Shown here: one piece after another, positions 48,501 to 56,845 of the stretch
Position numbering within the stretch: the first letter of the stretch is position 1
Layout of the letters: each line of letters starts with the position of its first letter
Assembly (NCBI GenBank): GCA_965247095.1
Contig: OZ251997.1
Coordinates: 1,472,001 to 1,536,000, forward strand
Reading direction: 5' to 3'
Length of the DNA: 64,000 nt
From: Candidatus Multivorans sp.
Lineage (GTDB): Bacteria; Acidobacteriota; Thermoanaerobaculia; Multivoradales; Multivoraceae
Translations under genes and position numbers: made by a program
The notes under the pieces: model-generated
What the model was told of the DNA's origin: nothing
Database searches by the model: none
The model's input: only the letters and a program-made list of their open reading frames with translations

Positions 48501-48987
48501 CAGCCTGATGGACTGCCCGGGAATCATGGTCGGTCCCGACCACGAGCGGACTGCCCTGGTCCGCCACTGCGCGCGCATGTTCAACACCGGCGCCAACCTG
48601 TCGGTACCCATGTTCGGCGTCGTCGTGCGCAAGGCCTACGGCCTCGGCGTGCAGGCGATGTGCGGCGCCAGCTCGCTGGTCGGCTTCTTCACTGTCGGCT
48701 GGCCGACAGCCGAGTTCGCGGGCATGAACATCGAGGGCGCGGTCAAGCTCGGCTACCGCAAGGAGCTGGCCGCCATCGAGGATCCCGAAGAACGGCGACT
48801 CGAGTTCGAGCGCCGCGTCGAGGCCTCCTACGAACGCGCCAAGGCCGTGAACGCGGCCGCCGGCGGCGGACTCGACGACGTGATCGATCCGGCGGACACC
48901 CGCTCCTGGATCACAGAAAGCATGAAACGGCTGCCGCCGCCACCACCCCGCACCGGCAAGAAGCGGCCCTACATCGATACCTGGTAA
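45508..48987 (+). CDS. Single-chain biotin-dependent acyl-CoA carboxylase (BC-BCCP-CT)
   Basis: LIANRGEIA, HPGYGFLAEN, RLQVEH, EAMKME, EGGGGRPGD carboxyltransferase domain. Confidence 0.93.
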   Translation: MRRLLIANRGEIAVRIARAAMDLGIHTVAVYSEDDANGLHLRIADEAVALNGRGVPAYLDIEGVVGRAVDANCDAVHPGYGFLAENADFATACAEAGITFVGPRPEVLELFGDKGRARAASTGADVPVLRGTDRPTTVEEAQEFFAALGQGKAMIVKALAGGGGRGTRIVASADEIEQAYERCRSEAERAFGNGGLYVEELIPRARHIEVQLLGDEEGGLIDLGERECSAQRRHQKVVETAPAPNLSPTLRAAIIDAALRLGRAAQYNSLGTFEFLAFAGRGSDGSNGGSPSAEAGGGFAFIEANARLQVEHTVTEAVTGVDLVQAQLRIAAGETLTGLGLGAPEAVRPRGFAIQARVNLETLDADGAVRPSGGVLTAYEPPSGPGVRIDGCGYAGYEANPAFDSLLAKVIAHSPSSDFTSVVKRASRALDEFRIGGPSTNIPWLQSVLNHPDFAAGNLYTRWLDDHSQELAAAAGNGRRQRFVPASALPTGPAPGPGGTPSDDARDSGFAGARVDTVDPLALFAHDQATKAAEAAKPDTGADTAGPQAGHEGAVGVVAPIQGTIVSIDVAQGDEVLRGQQVAVIEAMKMEHVLRAGTSGIVKQVTMAAGDTIREGYPLVLVEEAEGGEAADAAEEIDPDYIRPDLEENYRRHAYTLDENRPEAVARRRRFGFQTPRENIEQLVDPGSFKEYWPLLVARQHQKYSDEKLRQYTPADGVVAGTASINGDLFDDEHSRAIVLSYDYTVLAGTQGGRNHYKQDRLFELANRYRLPLVFFTEGGGGRPGDDYTGPRVAFDTYTFTQFSKLSGLIPLVGVNNGRCFAGNTALLACCDVIIATEASTIAMGGPAMIEGGGLGVYTPEEVGPMSFQVPNGVVDILVEDEEAAVETTKKYLSYFQGATCEWEAHDQRPLRHVIPENRLRLYDMQEIVHTLADVGSVLEIREKFGIGVITAFIRVEGRPMGVIANNPHHLAGAIDSDGADKGARFLQLCDAFDIPVLSLMDCPGIMVGPDHERTALVRHCARMFNTGANLSVPMFGVVVRKAYGLGVQAMCGASSLVGFFTVGWPTAEFAGMNIEGAVKLGYRKELAAIEDPEERRLEFERRVEASYERAKAVNAAAGGGLDDVIDPADTRSWITESMKRLPPPPPRTGKKRPYIDTW

Positions 48988-49088
48988 CCGGCTCGGTACC
49001 TGGTAGCCGGTTGGCGTCCGGTCACCGGGCCCATCCACACCCTTCACCTTCGACCCGTAGTCACCTTCGACCAGGAGGGCTTACCTGT

Positions 49089-49973
49089 ATGTCCTATGAA
49101 CCGCCCACAGTCTGGAAGTGGCAGTCCGAGAGCGGCGGCCGCTTCGCCAACATCAACCGACCGATCGCGGGTCCCACCCACGAGAAGGAACTGCCGGTCG
49201 GCGATCATCCGTTCCAACTCTACTCCCTGGCCACCCCCAACGGCGTCAAGGTCACGGTGATGCTCGAGGAGCTGCTGGCGCGCGGCCACAGCGGCGCCGA
49301 GTACGACGCCTACCTGATCAACATCGGCGAAGGCAACCAGTTTTCGAGCGGGTTCGTCGCGATCAATCCGAACTCCAAGATCCCGGCCCTCCTCGACCGC
49401 AGTACGGCGCCGCCGACGCGCGTTTTCGAGTCCGGCGCGGTCCTCCTCTACCTGGCTGAGAAGTTCGGCGAGTTTCTACCCGAGGATCACGCGGCGCGCA
49501 CCGAGTGCCTGTGCTGGCTGTTCTGGCAGATGGGCAGCGCGCCCTACCTGGGCGGCGGGTTCGGGCACTTCTACGCCTACGCGCCCGAGAAGATCGAGTA
49601 CGCCATCGACCGCTTCACCATGGAGGTCAAGCGGCAGCTCGACGTCCTCGACCGGCGCCTGGCGGACTCCCGGTACATGGCGGGCAGCGAGTACACGATC
49701 GCCGACGTGGCGATCTGGCCCTGGTACGGCGGCCTCGCCGCCGGCAAGCTCTACGGCGCCGGCGAGTTCATCGAAGCGCACACGTACGAGCACGTGAACC
49801 GGTGGTCGCGAGAGATCGCCGGGCGCCCCGCGGTCAAGCGCGGGCAGATGGTGAACCGGGCCTTTGGCCCGCTGGAGAAGCAACTCCGCGAGCGTCACGC
49901 CGCCAGCGACTTCGAGACCAGGACGCAGGACAAGCTCGAGCCCGAGGAGCAACCGGCCGAGGACGACGACTAG
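49089..49973 (+). CDS. yghU: Glutathione-dependent disulfide-bond oxidoreductase
   Basis: FANINRPIAGPTHEKELPVG, SLATPNGVKV, GGGFGHFYAYAP, QLRERHAASDF. Confidence 0.95.
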   Translation: MSYEPPTVWKWQSESGGRFANINRPIAGPTHEKELPVGDHPFQLYSLATPNGVKVTVMLEELLARGHSGAEYDAYLINIGEGNQFSSGFVAINPNSKIPALLDRSTAPPTRVFESGAVLLYLAEKFGEFLPEDHAARTECLCWLFWQMGSAPYLGGGFGHFYAYAPEKIEYAIDRFTMEVKRQLDVLDRRLADSRYMAGSEYTIADVAIWPWYGGLAAGKLYGAGEFIEAHTYEHVNRWSREIAGRPAVKRGQMVNRAFGPLEKQLRERHAASDFETRTQDKLEPEEQPAEDDD

Positions 49974-51004
49974 TCGGCCGTCCCCTCAAGCACCATGTAC
50001 ATCCGCTGAACGCCGCGGAGATCCACCCGCACCCGGGCCGCCGGCAGATGCTCCGCGTGGTGGGACAGGTCGATCCGCTCCACCGCATCCTCAGCCGAGA
50101 CGCCCTCGGCGTGGAGCGCCGAGACGACCTCCCAGAGTTCCGCGTGGAAGGCCTGCACATGGTCGATCAGCTCCCGGTCGCGGAAGTACGGGCCGTGCCC
50201 GGGCAGGATGAGGTCGAAGTCGAGCTGCTTCAAGCGTTCCAGGGTGGCCGGCCACTCGTTGACCCAACCGTCGCCCGGCCAGGGAGGTCCTCCGAGCATC
50301 ATGTCGCCGGTGAACACGAGCCGTTCCTCCGGCAGGTAGGTCACCACATCGCCACCGGTGTGGGCGCGGCCAAGGAAGTGAAGCTGGATCTCCCGACCGC
50401 CGTGAAACAGGGTCATCTTCTCGAGCAGCGTCGTGTCCGGCGCCACGGGGTCGATCTCGCCGGTCGCCTCGACGTGGGCGGCCTGGACGCTGATCTGGGT
50501 CTCGAGCGCCGCGCGCTCCTCTTCGGGCGCCGCCGCAAGCGCCGCGCGCAGATCCTCCAGGGCCTGCTTGTCCCGCCCCGATGAACCCACGAAGGTGTGC
50601 TCATCGAGCGGCGCGGTCGCCATCTTCCGGCGGGTGTACTCATGTCCGACCACGCGCACGCCGGGCCCGAACGCCTGGTTGCCGTGGGAGTGGTCGTAGT
50701 GGAAGTGGCTGTTGACCAGCGTGCGGATCGGCTTGTCCGTGATCTGGTCGATCCCCGCGATCAACCCCCGCGCAGCGGCCGGCGTGATGTGGGAGTCGAC
50801 GACCAGCACGTCCACGTCGGTGACCACGACCATGGCGTTGCTCCTCGTGACCATGGCGCCGGTCCCGGTGACGAAGTAGACCCCGTCGGCCACCTCCTCG
50901 AACCGGTGGGTCTCGGTTTCGATGACGTGCTCCTCGGCTGCCAGACCCGACGCCAGCAGGCCGGCCGCAAGCGACCACAGAACGCTCCGCTTCCAACGCC
51001 TCAT
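49970..51004 (-). CDS. Exported MBL-fold metallo-hydrolase
   Basis: NSHFHYDHSHGN, AHTGGD, FTGD, PGHG. Confidence 0.9.
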   Translation of the reverse strand: MRRWKRSVLWSLAAGLLASGLAAEEHVIETETHRFEEVADGVYFVTGTGAMVTRSNAMVVVTDVDVLVVDSHITPAAARGLIAGIDQITDKPIRTLVNSHFHYDHSHGNQAFGPGVRVVGHEYTRRKMATAPLDEHTFVGSSGRDKQALEDLRAALAAAPEEERAALETQISVQAAHVEATGEIDPVAPDTTLLEKMTLFHGGREIQLHFLGRAHTGGDVVTYLPEERLVFTGDMMLGGPPWPGDGWVNEWPATLERLKQLDFDLILPGHGPYFRDRELIDHVQAFHAELWEVVSALHAEGVSAEDAVERIDLSHHAEHLPAARVRVDLRGVQRMYMVLEGTAD

Positions 51005-51080
51005 TTCCGCTCCCCTTCTTCCAAATCCCAGACTGTGGCCCGAAGCGTACCGCCTCCGCGCTCTCCAACCGGCTAGCGGT

Positions 51081-51707
51081 TCAGGCGATCCAGCCGAGCG
51101 TCCTGGCCCGGTGGACGATCAGGTCCGCCGCGCCATCGAAGCCGAGTCGCTCGGTGTTCAGCACCAGGTCGTAGTGCCGTGGGTCGTCGCAGTCGCGGGC
51201 GTAGTACTCACGGTGGTAGCGGGCACGGTTCGCGTCGCGGCGGACCACGATCGCGTCGGCGTCGTGGTCGGGCACACCCATCACTTCGACCGCCACGCGA
51301 CGCCGGAACTCGGGGCCCCCTACGAGCCGCACATGGAGCGCATCCAGGCGCCGCGCGAGCACGGCGGCCGAAGCGCGGCCGACGAACACGCAGCGCCCCT
51401 GCGCGGCAATCTCACAGACCACGCTGCGGGTGACGCGGATGAGGTTGCCCTCGCCGATCGGCTGTCCCATCGCCGGGGCGGGGAGGAACAGGTCTGGAAG
51501 CTGAGCGCTGGCAATCCGGGCAAGGCGCTCGACGAAGCTGGGCGGCCGGTCTTCCCGTGCCTGAACCTCCTCCGCTGGAATGCCCGCCCGCTGCGCCACC
51601 GCGTCGATCAGTTCGTTGCCAATGACCCGCCATCCAAGCTGCTTCGCCACCAGCGAAGCCACCTGGGCGCCACCGGAGGCGTACTGCCTTGAGATCGTGA
51701 TCAGCAT
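51081..51707 (-). CDS. Cytidylate kinase-like family protein
   Basis: ITISRQYASGG, CVFVGRAS, YDLVLNT. Confidence 0.88.
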   Translation of the reverse strand: MLITISRQYASGGAQVASLVAKQLGWRVIGNELIDAVAQRAGIPAEEVQAREDRPPSFVERLARIASAQLPDLFLPAPAMGQPIGEGNLIRVTRSVVCEIAAQGRCVFVGRASAAVLARRLDALHVRLVGGPEFRRRVAVEVMGVPDHDADAIVVRRDANRARYHREYYARDCDDPRHYDLVLNTERLGFDGAADLIVHRARTLGWIA

Positions 51708-51728
51708 CCAATATCTCCTCTCCGGCGC

Positions 51729-53078
51729 TCAGGGCGCCGACCCTCGCGCGACCGGCTTTGTGGCCGCTCCCGGTCCAACCGGCCGTTCGGCGTCGCCACG
51801 AACCGCATCTCTGAATGCCCTTCGGATCAAGAGGTCCATCCGTCGCAGGTCGGAACTGGCAAGGTAGAACACGGTCGCCACCACCACGGCAAGCAGCGAG
51901 GACAGCCCCACCGCCAGCGGTGCTCCCCAGACCTCGGCCAGGGCGCTGATGGGCGCCACGCCGAGCATCGGCAGCGAGAACGACATCGTCAGAAAGCCGG
52001 ATACCCGGCCGCGCACCGAGTCCGGGATCAGCACATGGATCGCCGTGTTGTTCAAGGTCGTGTAGACGGCCTGGAACGCCGACCCGGCCAGGATCAGGAG
52101 AAGGCCGAGCCAGAACCAGGGACTGAGCGCGAAGCCCATCATGAACAGACCGAAGGCGAAAACGCTGGTCATCATCAACCGGAGGCGGCGGCTCGAGTTG
52201 GAGCGCCAGACCACGAAGGCGGCGCCCACCACCCCGCCGACGCCCGAAGCGCCGCTCAGCATCCCAAGGCCAAACGGCCCCACCTCCCAGATGTCCTCGG
52301 CGAAAACAACGAGCAAGGTCTGGAACGGCATGACCAGGAACATCGGCACCAGGCCGAAGAACAGGAGCACGAGAACCAGGCGGTTCTCCGCGACGTAGCG
52401 GAAGCCCTGGGCCATGTTCCGGAGCATCGAATGCCCCGAGGGATTGGCCACGGGCGCCCGGTGAACCCCCATCATGGCGGCCAGGGCCAGGACGTAGAGA
52501 CCCGCGTTGATCGAGTACGCCACCTTGACGCCCGCGAAGCCGATCAGAAGACCTCCCACGGATGGCCCGACGACCCGGGTCACATTGACCGCGGTCATGC
52601 TGAGCGCCATCGCGTTGGTCAGCCGCCGCCGTCCGACGACGTCCGCAACGATCGCGTTGCGCGCCGGCATGACGAACGGGAAGACCGCCCCAACCACCGT
52701 CACCTGGACCAGGATGTGCCAGTACTCCAGCCCTCCGCTGAACAGCAGGAAGAGCACGACCGCCTCGGCAACCACGACCGTTGCCTGCCCGGCAGCGACC
52801 AGGCCCCGCCGCTCGAAGCGGTCCGCTGCTACGCCGCCAATCGGCCCCAGGGTGAGCATCGAGAGCGCGACCATCAGACTGACGATCCCCAGCGCGAGTT
52901 CGCTGTCCGTGATCGAGTACACGAGCCACGAGCGCACGATCAACTGACCCTGCATGGCCAGGAAGAACGTCGTGTTCGACAGGAAAAGCCAGCGGAACTG
53001 GGGTATCCGCAACGACTCCCACATGCCGCCGCGTCCGGGCAGCGGCACTGGGGGACTGGGAAATCGTTGGACGGTCAT
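51729..53078 (-). CDS. MFS transporter
   Basis: About 12 TM helices, GGVAADRFERR motif A. Confidence 0.92.
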   Translation of the reverse strand: MTVQRFPSPPVPLPGRGGMWESLRIPQFRWLFLSNTTFFLAMQGQLIVRSWLVYSITDSELALGIVSLMVALSMLTLGPIGGVAADRFERRGLVAAGQATVVVAEAVVLFLLFSGGLEYWHILVQVTVVGAVFPFVMPARNAIVADVVGRRRLTNAMALSMTAVNVTRVVGPSVGGLLIGFAGVKVAYSINAGLYVLALAAMMGVHRAPVANPSGHSMLRNMAQGFRYVAENRLVLVLLFFGLVPMFLVMPFQTLLVVFAEDIWEVGPFGLGMLSGASGVGGVVGAAFVVWRSNSSRRLRLMMTSVFAFGLFMMGFALSPWFWLGLLLILAGSAFQAVYTTLNNTAIHVLIPDSVRGRVSGFLTMSFSLPMLGVAPISALAEVWGAPLAVGLSSLLAVVVATVFYLASSDLRRMDLLIRRAFRDAVRGDAERPVGPGAATKPVARGSAP

Positions 53079-53142
53079 CAGGTGGGCACCGGGGTCGCGG
53101 CAGGGTATCCCGGAGCACGCTAGCGCGGCAGAACGACCGGAG

Positions 53143-53190
53143 GCCGGCGCTTCGCGCCGGATGCGGGCAGGATGCCCGCGTTCCCAGGTC
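53143..53190 (-). repeat. REP-like palindromic repeat copy (full length)
   Basis: Reverse complement gacctgggaacgcgggcatcctgcccgcatccggcgcgaagcgccggc. Confidence 0.88.
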
Positions 53191-53283
53191 AGATCGTTCT
53201 ACCGCCCAAGCTCCTAGGCCGCGTCAAACCGCTGGTACACTCCGGCGTCCTTCGCGCTGAGACCGGCTGTCTCGCCCGGTTGT

Positions 53284-53358
53284 GCCGACGTAGCTCAGTG
53301 GCAGAGCAGCTGATTCGTAATCAGCAGGTCAGCGGTTCAAATCCGCTCGTCGGCTCCA
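53284..53358 (+). tRNA. tRNA-Thr(CGT)
   Basis: Cloverleaf: acceptor gccgacg/cgtcggc, anticodon loop ttCGTaa, T-loop GGTTCAAATCC, encoded CCA. Confidence 0.97.
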
Positions 53359-53414
53359 AAACTCCAACACTCCCGACTCCATCGCCCGTGGATCGTGTGG
53401 AGCGGACGCGGTTC

Positions 53415-53450
53415 TTGACCCACCCTCCTCTACATGCAATTCTGCATGTA
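53415..53450 (+). promoter_or_regulatory. vapBC promoter with palindromic operator
   Basis: TTGACC followed by TACATGCA-attc-TGCATGTA (53431-53450) overlapping the ATG. Confidence 0.72.
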
Positions 53451-53689
53451 TGAGCACCAAGACTATCGCCCTTGAGTCGAGCATCTATCGGCGACTCGCG
53501 GCGTTGAAGAGAGACGGCGAGTCCTTCTCCAAAGTCATCGATCATCTGTTGTCCGAGGTGGCGGACGCGCACACTGGACAAGACATTCTCCGAAGCCTCG
53601 GAAGGTTCTCGCGCCTGACCGAGTCTGACGCAGAGCTTTACCTGGCGATCGTCGCCGAGGATCGCGAAAGCGAACGCTGGGAAGGATGA
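53450..53689 (+). CDS. VapB antitoxin (DUF217-like)
   Basis: MSTKTIAL...YRRLAALKRDGESFSKVI. Confidence 0.87.
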   Translation: MSTKTIALESSIYRRLAALKRDGESFSKVIDHLLSEVADAHTGQDILRSLGRFSRLTESDAELYLAIVAEDRESERWEG

Positions 53690-54087
53690 TCTGTCTCGAC
53701 ACCACCTTCCTGGTGGATCTCTGGCGAGATCATCCGTCCGAAGACTCCTCGGCCAGATCGCTGCTCGAGCGCCACTCCGGCGAGGAGTTCGTGGTTCCAT
53801 GCCACGCAGCCGGCGAATTCCTCGAAGGCGGAGCGACGATCTCGGAAGCACGTCTCGCGGAGTCACTCCTCTTTCTGCGTCTTTTCCGAATCGGCGATGT
53901 CACCATCGAGACCGCTCTGCGCTACGCGCGCATCGTGTCTCACTTCAGATCGACAGGCGCTCTCAGCGGGCGTTCCAAACCCGATCTTTGGATCGCCGCC
54001 TGGGCAGCCCAAAACACCGCCCCACTGGCGACCCGGAACACGAAGCACTTCGACGGCATTCCGGACCTTGAGCTCTTGTCCTACTGA
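53686..54087 (+). CDS. vapC: VapC PIN toxin
   Basis: CLDTTFLVD, GEF, DLWIAA, TRNTKHF; ATGA overlap. Confidence 0.92.
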   Translation: MICLDTTFLVDLWRDHPSEDSSARSLLERHSGEEFVVPCHAAGEFLEGGATISEARLAESLLFLRLFRIGDVTIETALRYARIVSHFRSTGALSGRSKPDLWIAAWAAQNTAPLATRNTKHFDGIPDLELLSY

Positions 54088-54268
54088 AGCCGGTGACGCG
54101 GCGCTCGCCGCAGCCAGAAGCTGAACAGCGAGCCACCGCCGTGAGCCCGGAAAGGGGTGCCCGCGCGATCCTAGGCGCACGAGGTGCTGGAGCCGACACA
54201 TGGGAAGACGACGGAAACTCCTGGGAGGGGTTCGCGCACGAACTCCAGGCCTGCGCTACCCTGAGACG

Positions 54269-56278
54269 ATGAAGACACTCCGATTCACAGCCTGCCTTGC
54301 GATAGCCGCCGCATTGGGCTGCGGCCAGGCGGACGAGCAGGGGGGCGACGGCACGCCGCGCCCGGCAGCCCCGAACTACGTCACGCAGGAGTGGCGCCCG
54401 CCCAGCGCGCCGGCCACGCCCAGCGATCTGGTTCCACGCCAGCCTTGCGCCCAGAGCGACCCGCTCCGCCAGGCCTTCTTCGGCGACCTGCACACCCACA
54501 CCGCCTTTTCCCTGGACGCCCTCGGCCGCGGCGGCTTCCAGACGCCCGACGACGCCTACCGTTTCGCCCGCGGCGAGCCGCTCGAACTCGGTCCGCTCGA
54601 CGAGGACGGCCAGCCGCCGCGCACGGCGCAGCTCGTCCGTCCCCTCGACTTTGCGGCAGTGACCGACCACTCGGAGTGGCTGGGCGAAGTGTCCGTCTGC
54701 ACCGACCCGTCGTCGCCGCTCTACGACGAACCGGCGTGCCGCGGCATGCGGCCGGGAGGCACCCCAGAGGAACGCGCCGCGTGGATGGACCACCGACTCA
54801 CCGGCCGGGTAGCAGGACTCTGCGGCGAGGACGGCAGCCGCTGCCGCGAGGGCCTGCTCACCGCCTGGGGCGACACACGGGCGGCCGCGGAACGCCACTA
54901 CGACCGCTCGAGCGACTGTTCCTTCACGACCTTCCACGCCTGGGAGTACACCCGCATGCCGGGCCTGTCCAAGGTGCATCGCAACGTCATTCTGCGCAAC
55001 GAGATCGCCCCCGAGTTGCCGATCTCCTGGATGGACGCCGCCGAACCTCTCGACCTCTGGACCCGGCTCAAGGCGCGCTGCAACGACACCGGCACCGGCT
55101 GCCAGGCGCTGACGATCCCCCACAACTCGAACATCTCGAACGGTCAGATGTTCACGGTCGACTGGGGCGGCATGCCGATCGAGGAGCAGCGGGCGCAGGC
55201 GGCCCTGCAGGCCGAGCTGGACGTGCTGGTCGAGATCATGCAGGCGAAGGGCGACTCCGAGTGCCGGCGCGGCATGTGGGGCGTCGTCGGCGGCGAAGAC
55301 GAGTTCTGCGACTTCGAGAAGGTGCGCTACATCGACGGGGAACGGCCGCCGGACTGCGAGGACGGCACCGGCGTCGGCGGGCTGAGAGGTGAAGGCTGCC
55401 AGTCGCGGCTCGACTTCGTGCGCTACGCGCTGATCGACGGTGTCGCTCAGGAAGAACGCCTCGGGATCAACCCGTTCCAGCTCGGGATCATCGCGTCGAC
55501 CGACGGCCACAACGGCGCTCCCGGCGACACGGACGAGTACGACTACCAGGGTCAGAACGCGAACGTCGACTCGGACCTCGAGAAGCGGCTGACCACGCCC
55601 GCCTACGCGCCGCACCGGCTCCGGAATCCCGGCGGCCTGATCGGTGTCTGGGCCGAGGAGAACTCCAGGGACTCCCTGTTCGACGCGATGCTGAGCAAGG
55701 AGACCTTCGGCACCAGCGGGGTCCGGATCAAGGCGCGTCTGTTCGGCGGCTGGGACCTCCCCGACCTCTGTTCCAGCAACGACATGATCGCCGAGGCCTA
55801 TGAGACGGCGGTGCCGATGGGCGGCGTGCTGCCGGAAGGCGAAGGCGCCGGGGCGCTGACGCTGTTCGTGTCCGCGATCGCCGATCCGGGCGCCAGCGAC
55901 CATCCCGGAACGCCGCTGCAGCGCATCCAGATCATCAAGGGCTGGGTTGGCGACGACGGGCTGTTCCACGAGCGGGTCTTCGACGTCGCCGGCGATCCGG
56001 ACAACGGCGCGGACGTGTCCAGGGATACCTGCGCATTGAGCGGCACAGGCGCGGCGTCGCTGTGCGCCACCTGGACCGATCCCGAGTTCGATCCCTCCCG
56101 CTCGGCCGTCTACTACGCAAGAGTCCTGGAGAACCCGAGCTGCCGCTGGAACGCGCTGCAATGCGCGGCGCTGTCCGAACAGGAACGCCCGGCGGCCTGC
56201 GCCGATCCGAACCAGCCGTGGCGGATCCAGGAGCGGGCCTGGACCTCGCCGATCTGGTACCGCGCCGCGGGTCCGTAG
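54269..56278 (+). CDS. DUF3604 domain lipoprotein (PHP-like metallo-enzyme)
   Basis: FFGDLHTHTAFSLDA, LDFAAVTDHSE, HRNV, IPHNSN, STDGH, QERAWTSPIWY. Confidence 0.9.
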   Translation: MKTLRFTACLAIAAALGCGQADEQGGDGTPRPAAPNYVTQEWRPPSAPATPSDLVPRQPCAQSDPLRQAFFGDLHTHTAFSLDALGRGGFQTPDDAYRFARGEPLELGPLDEDGQPPRTAQLVRPLDFAAVTDHSEWLGEVSVCTDPSSPLYDEPACRGMRPGGTPEERAAWMDHRLTGRVAGLCGEDGSRCREGLLTAWGDTRAAAERHYDRSSDCSFTTFHAWEYTRMPGLSKVHRNVILRNEIAPELPISWMDAAEPLDLWTRLKARCNDTGTGCQALTIPHNSNISNGQMFTVDWGGMPIEEQRAQAALQAELDVLVEIMQAKGDSECRRGMWGVVGGEDEFCDFEKVRYIDGERPPDCEDGTGVGGLRGEGCQSRLDFVRYALIDGVAQEERLGINPFQLGIIASTDGHNGAPGDTDEYDYQGQNANVDSDLEKRLTTPAYAPHRLRNPGGLIGVWAEENSRDSLFDAMLSKETFGTSGVRIKARLFGGWDLPDLCSSNDMIAEAYETAVPMGGVLPEGEGAGALTLFVSAIADPGASDHPGTPLQRIQIIKGWVGDDGLFHERVFDVAGDPDNGADVSRDTCALSGTGAASLCATWTDPEFDPSRSAVYYARVLENPSCRWNALQCAALSEQERPAACADPNQPWRIQERAWTSPIWYRAAGP

Positions 56279-56430
56279 CGTCTCGCCAGCACAACAACAC
56301 CAACCCAGGAAGCGCTGCCATGAAGTCCATCAGGTCCCTCTTCGCGACTGCTGCCTCCCTGCTGCTTGCAGCCTAGGTCGGCGCGCAGGTATCTACGGCA
56401 AGCCGGTGGACCGCGGGTTGCCGGCATCCG

Positions 56431-56477
56431 GACCTGGGAACGCGGGCGTCTCGCCCGCATCCGGCGCGATGCGCCGG
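56431..56477 (+). repeat. REP-like palindromic repeat copy (full length)
   Basis: gacctgggaacgcgggcgtctcgcccgcatccggcgcgatgcgccgg. Confidence 0.88.
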
Positions 56478-56508
56478 TAGGGTTCGTTCCACAAACGAGG
56501 AAACTGCA

Positions 56509-56748
56509 ATGACGACAGCAACGGTGCGGATTCCGGTGGCGAAACGGGACACCCTGAAGACCATCGCGCGCGGCGAGAACACCACCATGAAGGAGGTTCT
56601 CTCCGAACTCATCGACGAGTACGTCGAACGCCACGAGGAGACGCTCGACCTTCTCTCCCGGCCCGAGTGGTTCGAAGCGATCGCTTGCGGAAAGGCGTAA
56701 GTCGTCGCCGGCGTGCCGGGCAAGAGCATCGATGAGCTGGCGGATTGA
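56509..56748 (+). pseudogene. Orphan antitoxin-like gene with probable premature stop
   Basis: RHH-like N-terminus, EETLDLLSRPEWFEAIA; TAA at 56698-56700, then VVAGVPGKSIDELAD*. Confidence 0.6.
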
Positions 56749-56845
56749 GGTCTAGCCGCCAGCCAGTGGGCGTGGACTCCACCGCACCGTTGACACCGGA
56801 CACTCAGCCGCTTAGGTTGCCGGCGAATCTCCGAGGATCTTCAAG

